From the NCBI GenBank assembly GCA_964482725.1, contig CAYZYT010000003.1, positions 116,010-180,009 on the forward strand: a DNA stretch of 64,000 nt. The letters run 5' to 3'. The translations under genes and the position numbers were made by a program. The stretch is from an uncultured bacterium. Its GTDB lineage: Bacteria; Omnitrophota; Omnitrophia; Omnitrophales; Aquincolibacteriaceae. Below are positions 28,730 through 37,115 of the stretch, piece after piece; position 1 is the first letter of the stretch; each line of letters starts with the position of its first letter. The notes under the pieces are model-generated. The model saw nothing but the letters and a program-made list of their open reading frames with translations, was not told where the DNA came from and ran no database searches.

Positions 28730-29242
28730 ATGGGAGCTTATATGATCAAGGTTTTCGCTTTAGCGCTTCTGACGGTGTGCGTTTGTTTGCCGGACCTTTG
28801 CGCGCAGGAGATGGCGGGGCAGGGCTTGACGGCCCCAGAGCCGAGACAACGCTCGTCGAGTGCGATTGCGATGGCCATCCCGGGGAACGATCACAATGTC
28901 ATGCGTGTATCTTCGTCGGATTTGATTCCTCCCGCTATCCAACAACAGGCCGAGGGAGAGAGCCTTCCGCCTTTTCCCGTTCTGATGCCGAAAGCCATTG
29001 TCTATCCACGGAAAGCGATTCGTAAGGGATGGGAAGGTCAGACTGTGGTCGCCGCGGAAGTCCTTGCGGATGGGTCCGTAGGGCGAACGGCCTTGGCGAA
29101 GTCCTCCGGCCATGTAGTTTTAGATCAAGCCGCGCAAGAGGCTATCCAATCCTGGAAATTTAAAAATGAGGCTGAGACAGATGAGACTGTCCCGCAATAT
29201 GTGGATATACCGGTCACGTTCAAGCTTCAGGGCGAGGAATAA
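28730..29242 (+). CDS. tonB: Energy transducer TonB (C-terminal domain)
   Basis: YPRKAIRKGWEGQTVV...SSGHVVLDQAAQEAIQSWKF...IPVTFKL. Confidence 0.85.
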   Translation: MGAYMIKVFALALLTVCVCLPDLCAQEMAGQGLTAPEPRQRSSSAIAMAIPGNDHNVMRVSSSDLIPPAIQQQAEGESLPPFPVLMPKAIVYPRKAIRKGWEGQTVVAAEVLADGSVGRTALAKSSGHVVLDQAAQEAIQSWKFKNEAETDETVPQYVDIPVTFKLQGEE

Positions 29243-29244
29243 TC

Positions 29245-30198
29245 TTGAGCTCCTCTAGAAGGAAATTCTTGATTGGCTTCTTACTCTTTATTTTTTGCGC
29301 TTCAAATAGGTCGTTCACTTTTGCGGCCGATATAAAACAAGCGAGTCCCCAGAGAATCGTTTCCATCAATCTTTGTACGGATGAATTGCTCCTTCAGCTG
29401 GTGACTCCGGAACGTGTGGCGGCCCTGACGAAATTTAGCGCCGACCCTGAAGTTTCGACGGTCGCCTCTCAGGCCAGAGACATCCAAAAGATCCAGGGCG
29501 GCATCGAGGATGTTCAGGCTTGTGGCCCGGACCTTCTTGTGGGCGGAAAGTTCAGCCATAAAGAAACGCTCCGTTTTTTTGAAAGTTCCGGGATCCCGGT
29601 CTTGACGTTTGGCCTTCCCAAAAATTTCGAAGACATTTATGCGGATATTCGTAAACTTGCCACAGCGGTGGGGGAAACGGCCCGAGGGGACCAGATCATT
29701 CAAAGGATGCGATCAGATCTCGCGGCGCTCAAGCCGGAGGCCCGGCACAGCGTCGTCATTCTGAGGCCGGAGGCCGAAGAATCTAAAGATGAGATCCTTC
29801 GCCCCGGAATGGCTCAGAATGACGGAAAAAAGATTTTGAAACGCGCATTCTTTTTTCAGAGTGGGGGGCTCGTTCCAGGTTCGGGGACATTCGAGAATGC
29901 GATCATGGAAGCCGCCGGGCTTGAAAATCTTTCGGCCACGATGGGTATTCGGGATTATGGGAGCCTTTCTTTGGAAAAATTGATTGAGATGAAGCCTGAG
30001 GTTTTGATTTTCTCAAGCGATCAGAAAGAAAAACCCACTATTCGAGGGGAAGTGCTCAGTCATCCCGCGATACGGAAGGCATTGCCTCATGTAAAGACAG
30101 TGATCCTTCCGTCGGCGATCCTCAATTGCGGCTCGCCGGCCTCGGTGGAGGCCGTGAGGATTTTGGTGGAAGAGACTCAAAAATCGGAAGAGGCTTAA
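29245..30198 (+). CDS. btuF: Cobalamin ABC transporter substrate-binding protein
   Basis: PQRIVSINLCTDELL, PDLLV, AAGLEN, LSLEKLIEMKPE; carries an in-frame palindromic insert. Start codon uncertain (TTG). Confidence 0.85.
   Translation: MSSSRRKFLIGFLLFIFCASNRSFTFAADIKQASPQRIVSINLCTDELLLQLVTPERVAALTKFSADPEVSTVASQARDIQKIQGGIEDVQACGPDLLVGGKFSHKETLRFFESSGIPVLTFGLPKNFEDIYADIRKLATAVGETARGDQIIQRMRSDLAALKPEARHSVVILRPEAEESKDEILRPGMAQNDGKKILKRAFFFQSGGLVPGSGTFENAIMEAAGLENLSATMGIRDYGSLSLEKLIEMKPEVLIFSSDQKEKPTIRGEVLSHPAIRKALPHVKTVILPSAILNCGSPASVEAVRILVEETQKSEEA
29754..29824. repeat. GTCATTCTGAG...CTCAGAATGAC palindromic element in frame inside btuF (copy 2)
   Basis: Same arms as 20304; reads as VILRPEAEESKDEILRPGMAQND. 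Confidence 0.85.
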
Positions 30199-30270
30199 AA
30201 AGCCCCAAAAGCTAAAAAGGGTTTCTTTTTTAGCCTTTCAGGCATCTTGAGCATTTTTAGCTTTCAGCCT
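30191..30270. repeat. 9-nt periodic inverted repeat between btuF and btuC
   Basis: AGGCTTAAA AAGCCCCAA AAGCTAAAA ... TTTTAGCCT TTCAGGCAT CTTGAGCAT TTTTAGCTT. Confidence 0.65.
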
Positions 30271-30282
30271 AGGCGAGGATTC

Positions 30283-31284
30283 ATGAAAAAAAATATTGGC
30301 AAAGAGCTGCCGGCCCTATGGCTTTATGGCCTGCTCGGGATCGCGCTTGCGGCAGCTTTTCTTGGGTCCTTGAATGTCGGTCCTACGAAGATCCCGCTCT
30401 GGAATGCTTTCCTCCATCCTTCGTCGGAGGGGGCTTTTATTCTCTGGGACATTCGTTTGCCACGCGCAATCTTGGGACTTTTGGTGGGAGCGACGCTCGG
30501 GCTTGCCGGTGCCGCGATGCAGGGATTTTTGCGTAATCCTTTGGCGGAACCCGGCGTGCTTGGCGTGACGGGCGGCGCGGCGCTTGGCGCAGTGCTTGTT
30601 TTTTACACCGGGCTTGCCTCGGCGTTTTCGCTGGCATTGCCCCTCGGCGGCATTTTGGGGGCATTTTTTTCCGTGCTTTTGCTCTATCTTTTTGCCGGCC
30701 GTCTCGCGAACGTTCAGACGCTGATCCTGGCGGGTGTGGCGATCAACGTGATTGCGTTCTCGGGGACTTCTCTGGTGCTCAATCTCACGAAAGATCCGTA
30801 CGCCGTTCTTGATATTGTTTTTTGGCAGATGGGTTCGCTCGCGGACCGGAGTTGGACGCATGTCTTTTTGGCGTTGCCTTTCATCCTGATCGGGTGGGGT
30901 TGGCTTTTTTGGGACCGGCGGGCGCTGGACGCGTTAAGCCTCGGCGAAGAAACGGCGGCGAGTCTTGGTCTGGATCTCAAGGCCCTGCGCCTGAGGATGA
31001 TCCTGGGGACGGCTCTTTGTGTGGGCGCGGCAGTGTCGATATGTGGAAGCATCGGTTTTGTTGGACTCGTGGTGCCGCACCTTTTGCGCCCGCTCGTGGG
31101 GCATGAACCGGGAAAACTTTTGGGCGTTAGCGCTTTGGGCGGGGCGCTGCTTCTTCTTTTATCCGATAGCGTGGTACGGCTCATTCCCTCCATGGTGGAA
31201 CTGAAGCTGGGCGTTGTGACGTCCCTGATCGGCGCGCCATTTTTCATTTTGCTGATCTTTCAGATGAGGCGGAAACTTTTATGA
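30283..31284 (+). CDS. btuC: FecCD/BtuC family ABC permease
   Basis: IRLPRA, QGFLRNPLAEPGVLG, LGEETAASLG, GSIGFVGLVVPHL, GAPFF. Confidence 0.93.
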   Translation: MKKNIGKELPALWLYGLLGIALAAAFLGSLNVGPTKIPLWNAFLHPSSEGAFILWDIRLPRAILGLLVGATLGLAGAAMQGFLRNPLAEPGVLGVTGGAALGAVLVFYTGLASAFSLALPLGGILGAFFSVLLLYLFAGRLANVQTLILAGVAINVIAFSGTSLVLNLTKDPYAVLDIVFWQMGSLADRSWTHVFLALPFILIGWGWLFWDRRALDALSLGEETAASLGLDLKALRLRMILGTALCVGAAVSICGSIGFVGLVVPHLLRPLVGHEPGKLLGVSALGGALLLLLSDSVVRLIPSMVELKLGVVTSLIGAPFFILLIFQMRRKLL

Positions 31285-31292
31285 AGGGACAG

Positions 31293-31329
31293 GCACACTA
31301 AGGTAGGTCACGTTTAAACGTGACCTACC
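31293..31329. repeat. 37-bp repeat containing a perfect 28-bp palindrome (copy 2)
   Basis: Identical to 7265-7301. Confidence 0.92.
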
Positions 31330-31344
31330 TCCATTAGGATAAAT

Positions 31345-32103
31345 ATGGCGACCTTAATTGAAGCGAAAAAAATCAGCGTTTCGTTTGGCGACGTTCCGAT
31401 CCTTCAGGACGTGGACCTTGAACTCCGGAAGGGAGAAGTGCTTGGGCTTATCGGACCGAATGGCGCTGGAAAATCGACTTTGCTGAAAGTGCTTATCGGC
31501 GAAGTGACGCCGGAGTCGGGGAGTGTCAGGATCCTGGACGGGAAGAAGTCCCCACTGGCAAAAAAGGTCGCTTATTTGCCGCAAGGGCAGGTTATCCACT
31601 GGCCGCTTAGCGTGAAGCGGTTGGTTTCCCTGGGGCGCATTCCACACCTTATGCCTTGGGAGCCGTTGGGCCCGGAAGATGAGAAAGCGATCGCTCGTGC
31701 GATGGAAGATACGGACGTGACACGTCTGAAAGACCGTTTTGTTGATCATTTGGCCGGAGGCGAAAGAAATCTGGTTCTCTTAGCTCGCGCGCTTGCGACT
31801 CAACCTTCCGTGCTTTTGGCGGATGAGCCTGTTCAGGGGCTTGATCCGGCACACGGACTTCAAGTGATGGAACTTTTATCCCGGTTTGTGGACCACGAAC
31901 GGGGCGCGATCGTGGTATTGCACGATCTGACGCTTGCGGCTCGGTTTTGTCACCGGCTTGTCCTGCTCGATCAGGGAAAGGTTCTTGCCTCGGGAAAGCC
32001 CGAAGAAGTTCTTTCGCCCGAAAATCTCAAGAAGAGTTATCATGTCGAAGCTAAGTACGGAACCGGCGACGAGTTTTATATCGTGCCTTGGAGAAAGGTC
32101 TGA
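31345..32103 (+). CDS. btuD: Cobalamin/iron-chelate ABC transporter ATPase
   Basis: GPNGAGKS, LAGGE, LADEP, VLHDL; position in the operon. Confidence 0.88.
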   Translation: MATLIEAKKISVSFGDVPILQDVDLELRKGEVLGLIGPNGAGKSTLLKVLIGEVTPESGSVRILDGKKSPLAKKVAYLPQGQVIHWPLSVKRLVSLGRIPHLMPWEPLGPEDEKAIARAMEDTDVTRLKDRFVDHLAGGERNLVLLARALATQPSVLLADEPVQGLDPAHGLQVMELLSRFVDHERGAIVVLHDLTLAARFCHRLVLLDQGKVLASGKPEEVLSPENLKKSYHVEAKYGTGDEFYIVPWRKV

Positions 32104-32105
32104 AA

Positions 32106-32726
32106 ATGCGGGGAACGGGGAGCGGTCCCAATACTTTTCAATCGAAGCAAAGCGGAGATTGGGGCCGTCCTGACTACCGTCAATCAAACAAAAGCCAAAG
32201 TCAGGACGGGGAACGAGCCAAGGGAAAGAGGCGAGGGCTGATCCTTGTTTTTACCGGTGAAGGTAAAGGGAAGACGACCGCGGCGATGGGAACAGCGCTT
32301 CGAATGATCGCCCAGGGCGGGAAAGTGGGCGCAGTTCATTTTTTTAAACCCCGTACTTCGTGCGCCGTACTTGGTTCTCAATACAAGAGTTGGAGCTTTG
32401 GCGGTGGGTTCACGTGGAAGACGTCGCGGGAAGAAAATTCCGGAGCGGTCCGCCAGGCGTGGAAGAAATGCTGTGAATTATTGAAGGACCCGAAATACAG
32501 CCTTGTGATCTTTGATGAGATCCACATTGCGCTGAAATATAAATTTCTCACAACCGCCGAGGTCCTGAGCGCTCTCCAAAAAAGGCCGGCCCGCCAGCAT
32601 GTGATTCTCACCGGGCGCGGTGCTCCCAAAGCCATCCTTCGTGGGGCGGATCTCGTGACCGAGATGAAATGCGTGAAGCATCCCTTCAAGCGGGGTGTGC
32701 TCGCCCAACCTGGGATTGAATTCTAA
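32106..32726 (+). CDS. cobO: Cob(I)yrinic acid a,c-diamide adenosyltransferase (CobO/BtuR)
   Basis: GLILVFTGEGKGKTTAAMG, FTW, FDEI, ILTGR, ADLVTEM..KHPF..G..AQPGIEF. Start is 32088 or 32106. Confidence 0.93.
   Translation: MRGTGSGPNTFQSKQSGDWGRPDYRQSNKSQSQDGERAKGKRRGLILVFTGEGKGKTTAAMGTALRMIAQGGKVGAVHFFKPRTSCAVLGSQYKSWSFGGGFTWKTSREENSGAVRQAWKKCCELLKDPKYSLVIFDEIHIALKYKFLTTAEVLSALQKRPARQHVILTGRGAPKAILRGADLVTEMKCVKHPFKRGVLAQPGIEF
32120..32170. repeat. GCGGTCCCAA...TTGGGGCCGTCC palindromic element within the cobO 5' region
   Basis: Same arms as the intergenic copy at 35427-35508. Confidence 0.75.
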
Positions 32727-32731
32727 AAAAT

Positions 32732-32807
32732 CGTGGAACGGGTAACGGGAAACGGGGAACGCATGACCAAACTCGTTTGCCGTTCCCCGTTCAGCGTTCC
32801 CCGATCC
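32732..32807. repeat. Heptamer-periodic inverted repeat (CGGGGAA type)
   Basis: CGTGGAA CGGGTAA CGGGAAA CGGGGAA ... CGTTTGC CGTTCCC CGTTCAG CGTTCCC. Confidence 0.85.
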
Positions 32808-32893
32808 TTGTCATTTTTCCCACTCTTATTTCGCCTCTCACTTGGTGTATAATGCCTCTTACGGAAAACCTTTAACGTTCAGCGAGCATACAC

Positions 32894-33499
32894 ATGAAAA
32901 AATATACAGATCTCAGTCTCGAAGATTATATCGAAAAGCTTGCCAGCGATGCGCCGGTGCCGGGTGGCGGGAGCGTTTCAGCCTATGCCGGAGCTTTGGG
33001 CATGGCCCTGACGCAGATGGTTTCGCGGATCGCGCTCAAGCGAAAACCCAAAGCGGACCTTACGGCAGAGCAGAAATTCCAGGATGAAGCCAACCGGAAG
33101 CGGATGCAGGAGATCGTCGATTCGCTGGAGAAGACCCGGGCGGATGCCCTTCAGGTAGTGTCGCTCGATCCCCAAGTCTATGATGAAGTGATGGCGTGTT
33201 ACAAAGAAGGGGCGGGGCCCGAGAAACTGGAAGATGCGCTTCAGAATGCGTTCCGGCTGCAGGCGGATCTTGCGCTGATCCTTGTGATGGCAAAGGAATG
33301 GAACGAGCACATGAAAACCCTCGTAAAAGGCGCTGTCGCCAACGATCTGATCGTCAGTGACGGACTTCTCTCCGCGGCATTTGAAGGAGCTTTTCATACC
33401 GCGCATATCAATGTGGTTTACATGAAAAACAAAGAACGGAAAGAGCGTGCCGAAAAGGCGCTGGCGGAACTGAGAGGGCGTTTCACCAAGGGTGCGTAA
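32894..33499 (+). CDS. fchA: Methenyl-THF cyclohydrolase / cyclodeaminase family protein (FTCD_C, FchA)
   Basis: LASDAPVPGGGSVSAYAGALG, ND..V, HINV; adjacent to folD. Confidence 0.85.
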   Translation: MKKYTDLSLEDYIEKLASDAPVPGGGSVSAYAGALGMALTQMVSRIALKRKPKADLTAEQKFQDEANRKRMQEIVDSLEKTRADALQVVSLDPQVYDEVMACYKEGAGPEKLEDALQNAFRLQADLALILVMAKEWNEHMKTLVKGAVANDLIVSDGLLSAAFEGAFHTAHINVVYMKNKERKERAEKALAELRGRFTKGA

Positions 33500-33690
33500 A
33501 ATCTAATATTTATTGCCGGGTGTTAAGTAACGGCAATGGTTACGAAGCCCGTATCGGAAAGGGCAACGGTAACGTAATTTAAAAGAAACGCCACCGCCTG
33601 CGAAGCGGCGGGGTCCCGCCAAAGGCGGGAAAACGGGCATCGTTACCGTAGCCGGACAACATAACTCGGGATTCATCAAAGGAGATTCAT

Positions 33691-34545
33691 GTGGAAGCGA
33701 AAAGACTTGAAGGAAAAGTAATCGCAGCGAGCCTGCAGGAAAAGATCCTTGAGAAGGTAGGGGCCGCTACAAGGGCGGGTCTTCCAAGGCCGTCTTTGGC
33801 TGCGATCCAGACGAGTGATGATCCGTCCGCAGTCTGGTATATCAACAGCCAAGAAAAACTTGCCGCAAAACTCGGCATTGATTTTCGGCGCATTATGCCT
33901 GATCAAGTGAAGGGGGAGAAAGCCCTGATCCAGAAGGTTCAGGAGCTTGGCGCCGATAAAACGGTCCATGGACTTTTCATTTCAATGCCGTTCCCCCAGG
34001 GAATTGACGCCGACAAAGTGTTGCTTGCCATGGATCCGAAAAAGGATGTCGAGGGGGTTCATCCCACAAGCCTTGGACTGATCGTTCTTCGGCGCGGCAA
34101 ACTGATCCCTCCTACGGCATTTGCCGCCTACACGCTCATTAAGGCGAGCGGCATCATGTTACGCGGGAAAAAGGCGGCAATCATCGGTCAAAGCGCCATT
34201 GTCGGAAGACCCCTCCAGCTATTGCTGGGCGAGGCACGGGTGACGACGCTTGTTTGTAATACGGGTACGGCCGAAGAAGATATGAAGAAAATCGTTGGAG
34301 CGGCTGAGATCGTAGTGGCTTGTTCGGGGAAGCCCGGTCTTGTGAAAGGCGCTTGGATCAAGCAAGGCGCGGTCGTGATCGATGTCGGGACGACTGAGGT
34401 CGACGGGAAACTCCAGGGCGATGTCGAATTCGATGAAGCGAGCAAAAAAGCCAGTTTTATTACGCCCGTCCCTGGAGGCGTGGGGCCGCTCACCGTGACC
34501 ATGCTCATGGAAAATCTTATCATTGCGTATGAATGGCAAAAATAA
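33691..34545 (+). CDS. folD: Methylene-THF dehydrogenase FolD (probably monofunctional)
   Basis: KDVEGVHP, GQSAIVGRP, VIDVG, GDV, TPVPGGVGPLT; the YxxxK and GILVQLP motifs are altered. Confidence 0.93.
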   Translation: MEAKRLEGKVIAASLQEKILEKVGAATRAGLPRPSLAAIQTSDDPSAVWYINSQEKLAAKLGIDFRRIMPDQVKGEKALIQKVQELGADKTVHGLFISMPFPQGIDADKVLLAMDPKKDVEGVHPTSLGLIVLRRGKLIPPTAFAAYTLIKASGIMLRGKKAAIIGQSAIVGRPLQLLLGEARVTTLVCNTGTAEEDMKKIVGAAEIVVACSGKPGLVKGAWIKQGAVVIDVGTTEVDGKLQGDVEFDEASKKASFITPVPGGVGPLTVTMLMENLIIAYEWQK

Positions 34546-34549
34546 AAGC

Positions 34550-34621
34550 CGGGTAACGGGTAACGGGAAACGGCGAACGCATGCCGGTTTTCGTTCCCCG
34601 TTCAGCGTTCCCCGTTCCCCG
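34550..34621. repeat. Heptamer-periodic inverted repeat (same CGGGGAA family as 32732)
   Basis: CGGGTAA CGGGTAA CGGGAAA CGGCGAA ... CGTTCCC CGTTCAG CGTTCCC CGTTCCC. Confidence 0.85.
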
Positions 34622-34629
34622 AGAAAATT

Positions 34630-35421
34630 ATGAAACTCACCCCTCAAACCATCTATTCAAAAAAGAAGGCCGGCGAGAAGATCGTCTCTCTCAGTCTCTA
34701 CGACTATCCGAGCGCGAGGATCGCCGATGGGGCGGGTGTGGATGTCATCATGGTCGGCGATTCGGTGGGGATGGTGCTTCTGGGGCATGAAAACACGCTC
34801 GGGATGACGATCGAACACATGCTTTATCACACCGCAGCGGTCGTCAAGGGTGTGAAGCGCGCTCTCGTGGTCGCGGATATGCCCATTCATTCCTACAATG
34901 ATCCCGAACTGGCGTTTGTGAACGCAAAACGTTTGATGCGAGAGGCAGGGGCCGATGCTGTGAAGCTCGAAGGCGGTGCGAAGATCCAAGCCCAGATCCA
35001 AAAACTTGTGACCGAAGGCATTTCTGTGATGGGGCATGTCGGGATGCTGCCGCAAAGTGTCGGAGACGGAAAATACCGTGTCTATGGAAAAGATCCGGAC
35101 GAAGCCGAAAGGATCCTTGAAGACGCGAAACTTCTGGACCGGATGGGCGCGTTTGCGATCGTACTCGAATGTGTGCCGGTAAAACTGGCTGATCAGATCA
35201 CAAAAGTCGTGAAGTGTCCGACGATCGGGATCGGCGCGGGTCCCGCGACCGATGGGCAGGTGCTCGTATTCCACGATCTGCTGGGCATTCGTTCCGGTGT
35301 GAGCCCTCGTTTCGTGCGGCGCTATGTGAATCTTGACGCGATCATGAAAAAAGCGGCTGGCGATTACTGCCGTGATGTTCAGAAACAGAAATTTCCTTCC
35401 ACCAAAGAGAGCTTCTCATGA
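34630..35421 (+). CDS. panB: 3-methyl-2-oxobutanoate hydroxymethyltransferase
   Basis: MVGDSVG, VADMP, VKLEGG, GHVG.LPQ, LECVP, TIGIGAG..TDGQVLV.HD.LG. Confidence 0.96.
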   Translation: MKLTPQTIYSKKKAGEKIVSLSLYDYPSARIADGAGVDVIMVGDSVGMVLLGHENTLGMTIEHMLYHTAAVVKGVKRALVVADMPIHSYNDPELAFVNAKRLMREAGADAVKLEGGAKIQAQIQKLVTEGISVMGHVGMLPQSVGDGKYRVYGKDPDEAERILEDAKLLDRMGAFAIVLECVPVKLADQITKVVKCPTIGIGAGPATDGQVLVFHDLLGIRSGVSPRFVRRYVNLDAIMKKAAGDYCRDVQKQKFPSTKESFS

Positions 35422-35426
35422 TCAAA

Positions 35427-35508
35427 GGGCGGTCCCAATACCTTTCGATCGTAGCCGAGCGGTCCCAACACCTTTCAATTTCCAGGGAAGTGGAAATTGG
35501 GGCCGTCC
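35427..35508. repeat. GCGGTCCCAA...TTGGGGCCGTCC element with a duplicated left arm
   Basis: GCGGTCCCAATACCTTTC and GCGGTCCCAACACCTTTC in tandem, then ATTGGGGCCGTCC. Confidence 0.75.
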
Positions 35509-35587
35509 AAACTACCATTTCAGAAAAAAATAAAAAGTTTGGATGGAGATCGGGGCAGTCCTTGATTACTTTACGGAGACATTTATC

Positions 35588-37057
35588 ATGATCAAGGGCA
35601 AGCGGATCCTGGTCGCCGAACGTGACGACGCGACACGGGAGCTTATCCTTATGCGCCTTCATTCCCGCCACCATAAGGTTTTTGAGGCTTCGAAAAGCAG
35701 CCAGGCTGTGAGATTTCTGGATCGTGAGGTCTTGGACCTGATCCTGCTTTCGAGCGATATGGAACCCGTGGGCGGCAAGATGCTTATCCAGGTCATTCGC
35801 TCCCGTTCTCATCTTATGTCGGTCCCCGTGATCATGATCACCGAGGAACACCAGCTGACAGAGCTCATGCTCGGGCATGAAAAAGGTTTCGACGATTTTC
35901 TGGTGAGGCCGTTCAGCCCGCTTGTGTTGCAACTGCGTGTGAATCTGAACATTGCTAAGACGATGGAGAGGATGGAAGCCAATGCGCTCACGCATCTCCC
36001 GGGCAATCATGCGATCGAGAAGCTCGTCCTGAAGAAGATCCAGGCGGGAGAAAAATTCTCGGTTCTTTACATCGATATCAATAACTTCAAGGCGTTCAAC
36101 GATCATTACAGTTTCCAAAAAGGGGATGAGGCGATCCTTCAGACCGCCCGGCTTCTCGTGACGACCAGTCATGCCGTGGCGCGGGACGGGGAGTGCTTCA
36201 TCGGGCATATCGGGGGTGACGATTTCATTGTAGTGCTGCCCGCAGAACTTGAAGAAGTCTTCGCGCGGCAATTCATCGACGATTTTGACCGGATCATTCC
36301 CACTTATTACAATATGAAGGATCGGGATGCAGGATTCATCCGAGTGGAGAACCGGCGCGGCAAAATGGAAAATTTCGCCCTGATGTCCTGCTCCGTCGCA
36401 GGCTGCACCAACCTATACCGGAATTACGTGAATCTCCGCGAGATCGCGCAGGATGCCGCAGAGGTCAAGACGTTTCTCAAAAGCCAGCCGGGGAGCCATT
36501 ATCTCCAGGACCGCCGTTCCTCGCCAATCAAGCAACTGGAGGAGGCTGTCCACATTCTGGAGCCAGAGATCAAACCCGCCAAACCGAAGAAGCGTGTGGA
36601 CCCACTTGGCCAGGTCCTTGTGAGTTCCGGCCTCATCACTGAAGAGCAGCTTGGCAAGGCCCTCAAGCAGCATCTCGAGACAGGACATCGCCTTGGCCAG
36701 ACCCTGATCGATATGAATCTCATCTCAAGCCAAGACGTGGGCAGGATGCTAGAAAAGAAGCTCAAGGTTCCTTATTTCAGTCTGAAGGGATGGACTCCGG
36801 ACCCGGCGATCTTTCATCTTTTTAATGCGGAATTTATTTTTCATCACCGCGTGGTCCCGATCGGCGTGAGTGAAGACTCGGTGAGGATCGCGATGTGCGA
36901 CCCGTTCGATCTGAAGACTTTGGACGCGATCGAGCGGATCACAGGGCTCAAACCCGTGCCTTATCTTGCCTTGGAAGATGAATTTGAACAATTTCTGGAA
37001 AGCCTGGCTCCGGAGACGGACTCCAGGCTCGAAACCGAGACACAAAAAATAGTGTGA
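35588..37057 (+). CDS. Pseudo-receiver / GGDEF / MshEN (T2SSE_N) domain protein
   Basis: REC-like N-terminus; LTHLPGN, YIDINNFKAFND, HIGGDDF; PLGQVLVSSGLITEEQLGKALKQH...RLGQTLIDMNLI; VVPIG...IAMCDP. Confidence 0.88.
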   Translation: MIKGKRILVAERDDATRELILMRLHSRHHKVFEASKSSQAVRFLDREVLDLILLSSDMEPVGGKMLIQVIRSRSHLMSVPVIMITEEHQLTELMLGHEKGFDDFLVRPFSPLVLQLRVNLNIAKTMERMEANALTHLPGNHAIEKLVLKKIQAGEKFSVLYIDINNFKAFNDHYSFQKGDEAILQTARLLVTTSHAVARDGECFIGHIGGDDFIVVLPAELEEVFARQFIDDFDRIIPTYYNMKDRDAGFIRVENRRGKMENFALMSCSVAGCTNLYRNYVNLREIAQDAAEVKTFLKSQPGSHYLQDRRSSPIKQLEEAVHILEPEIKPAKPKKRVDPLGQVLVSSGLITEEQLGKALKQHLETGHRLGQTLIDMNLISSQDVGRMLEKKLKVPYFSLKGWTPDPAIFHLFNAEFIFHHRVVPIGVSEDSVRIAMCDPFDLKTLDAIERITGLKPVPYLALEDEFEQFLESLAPETDSRLETETQKIV

Positions 37058-37115
37058 AGGTTGTGGCCTTTTTGGCCGTTCCTATAGATGGCAGAGAACG
37101 CCATACTGAGGAACT

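Noticed and set aside
33500-33690. Possible ZTP or THF riboswitch between fchA and folD
   Set aside because: Consensus motifs not found by eye; the region is made of short periodic arms and a CCCGCC-AAA-GGCGGG mini-palindrome. An Rfam scan would settle it.
36060-36240. Hypr-type (cGAMP-making) GGDEF
   Set aside because: The specificity position keeps Asp (KGDEAIL), as in ordinary diguanylate cyclases.
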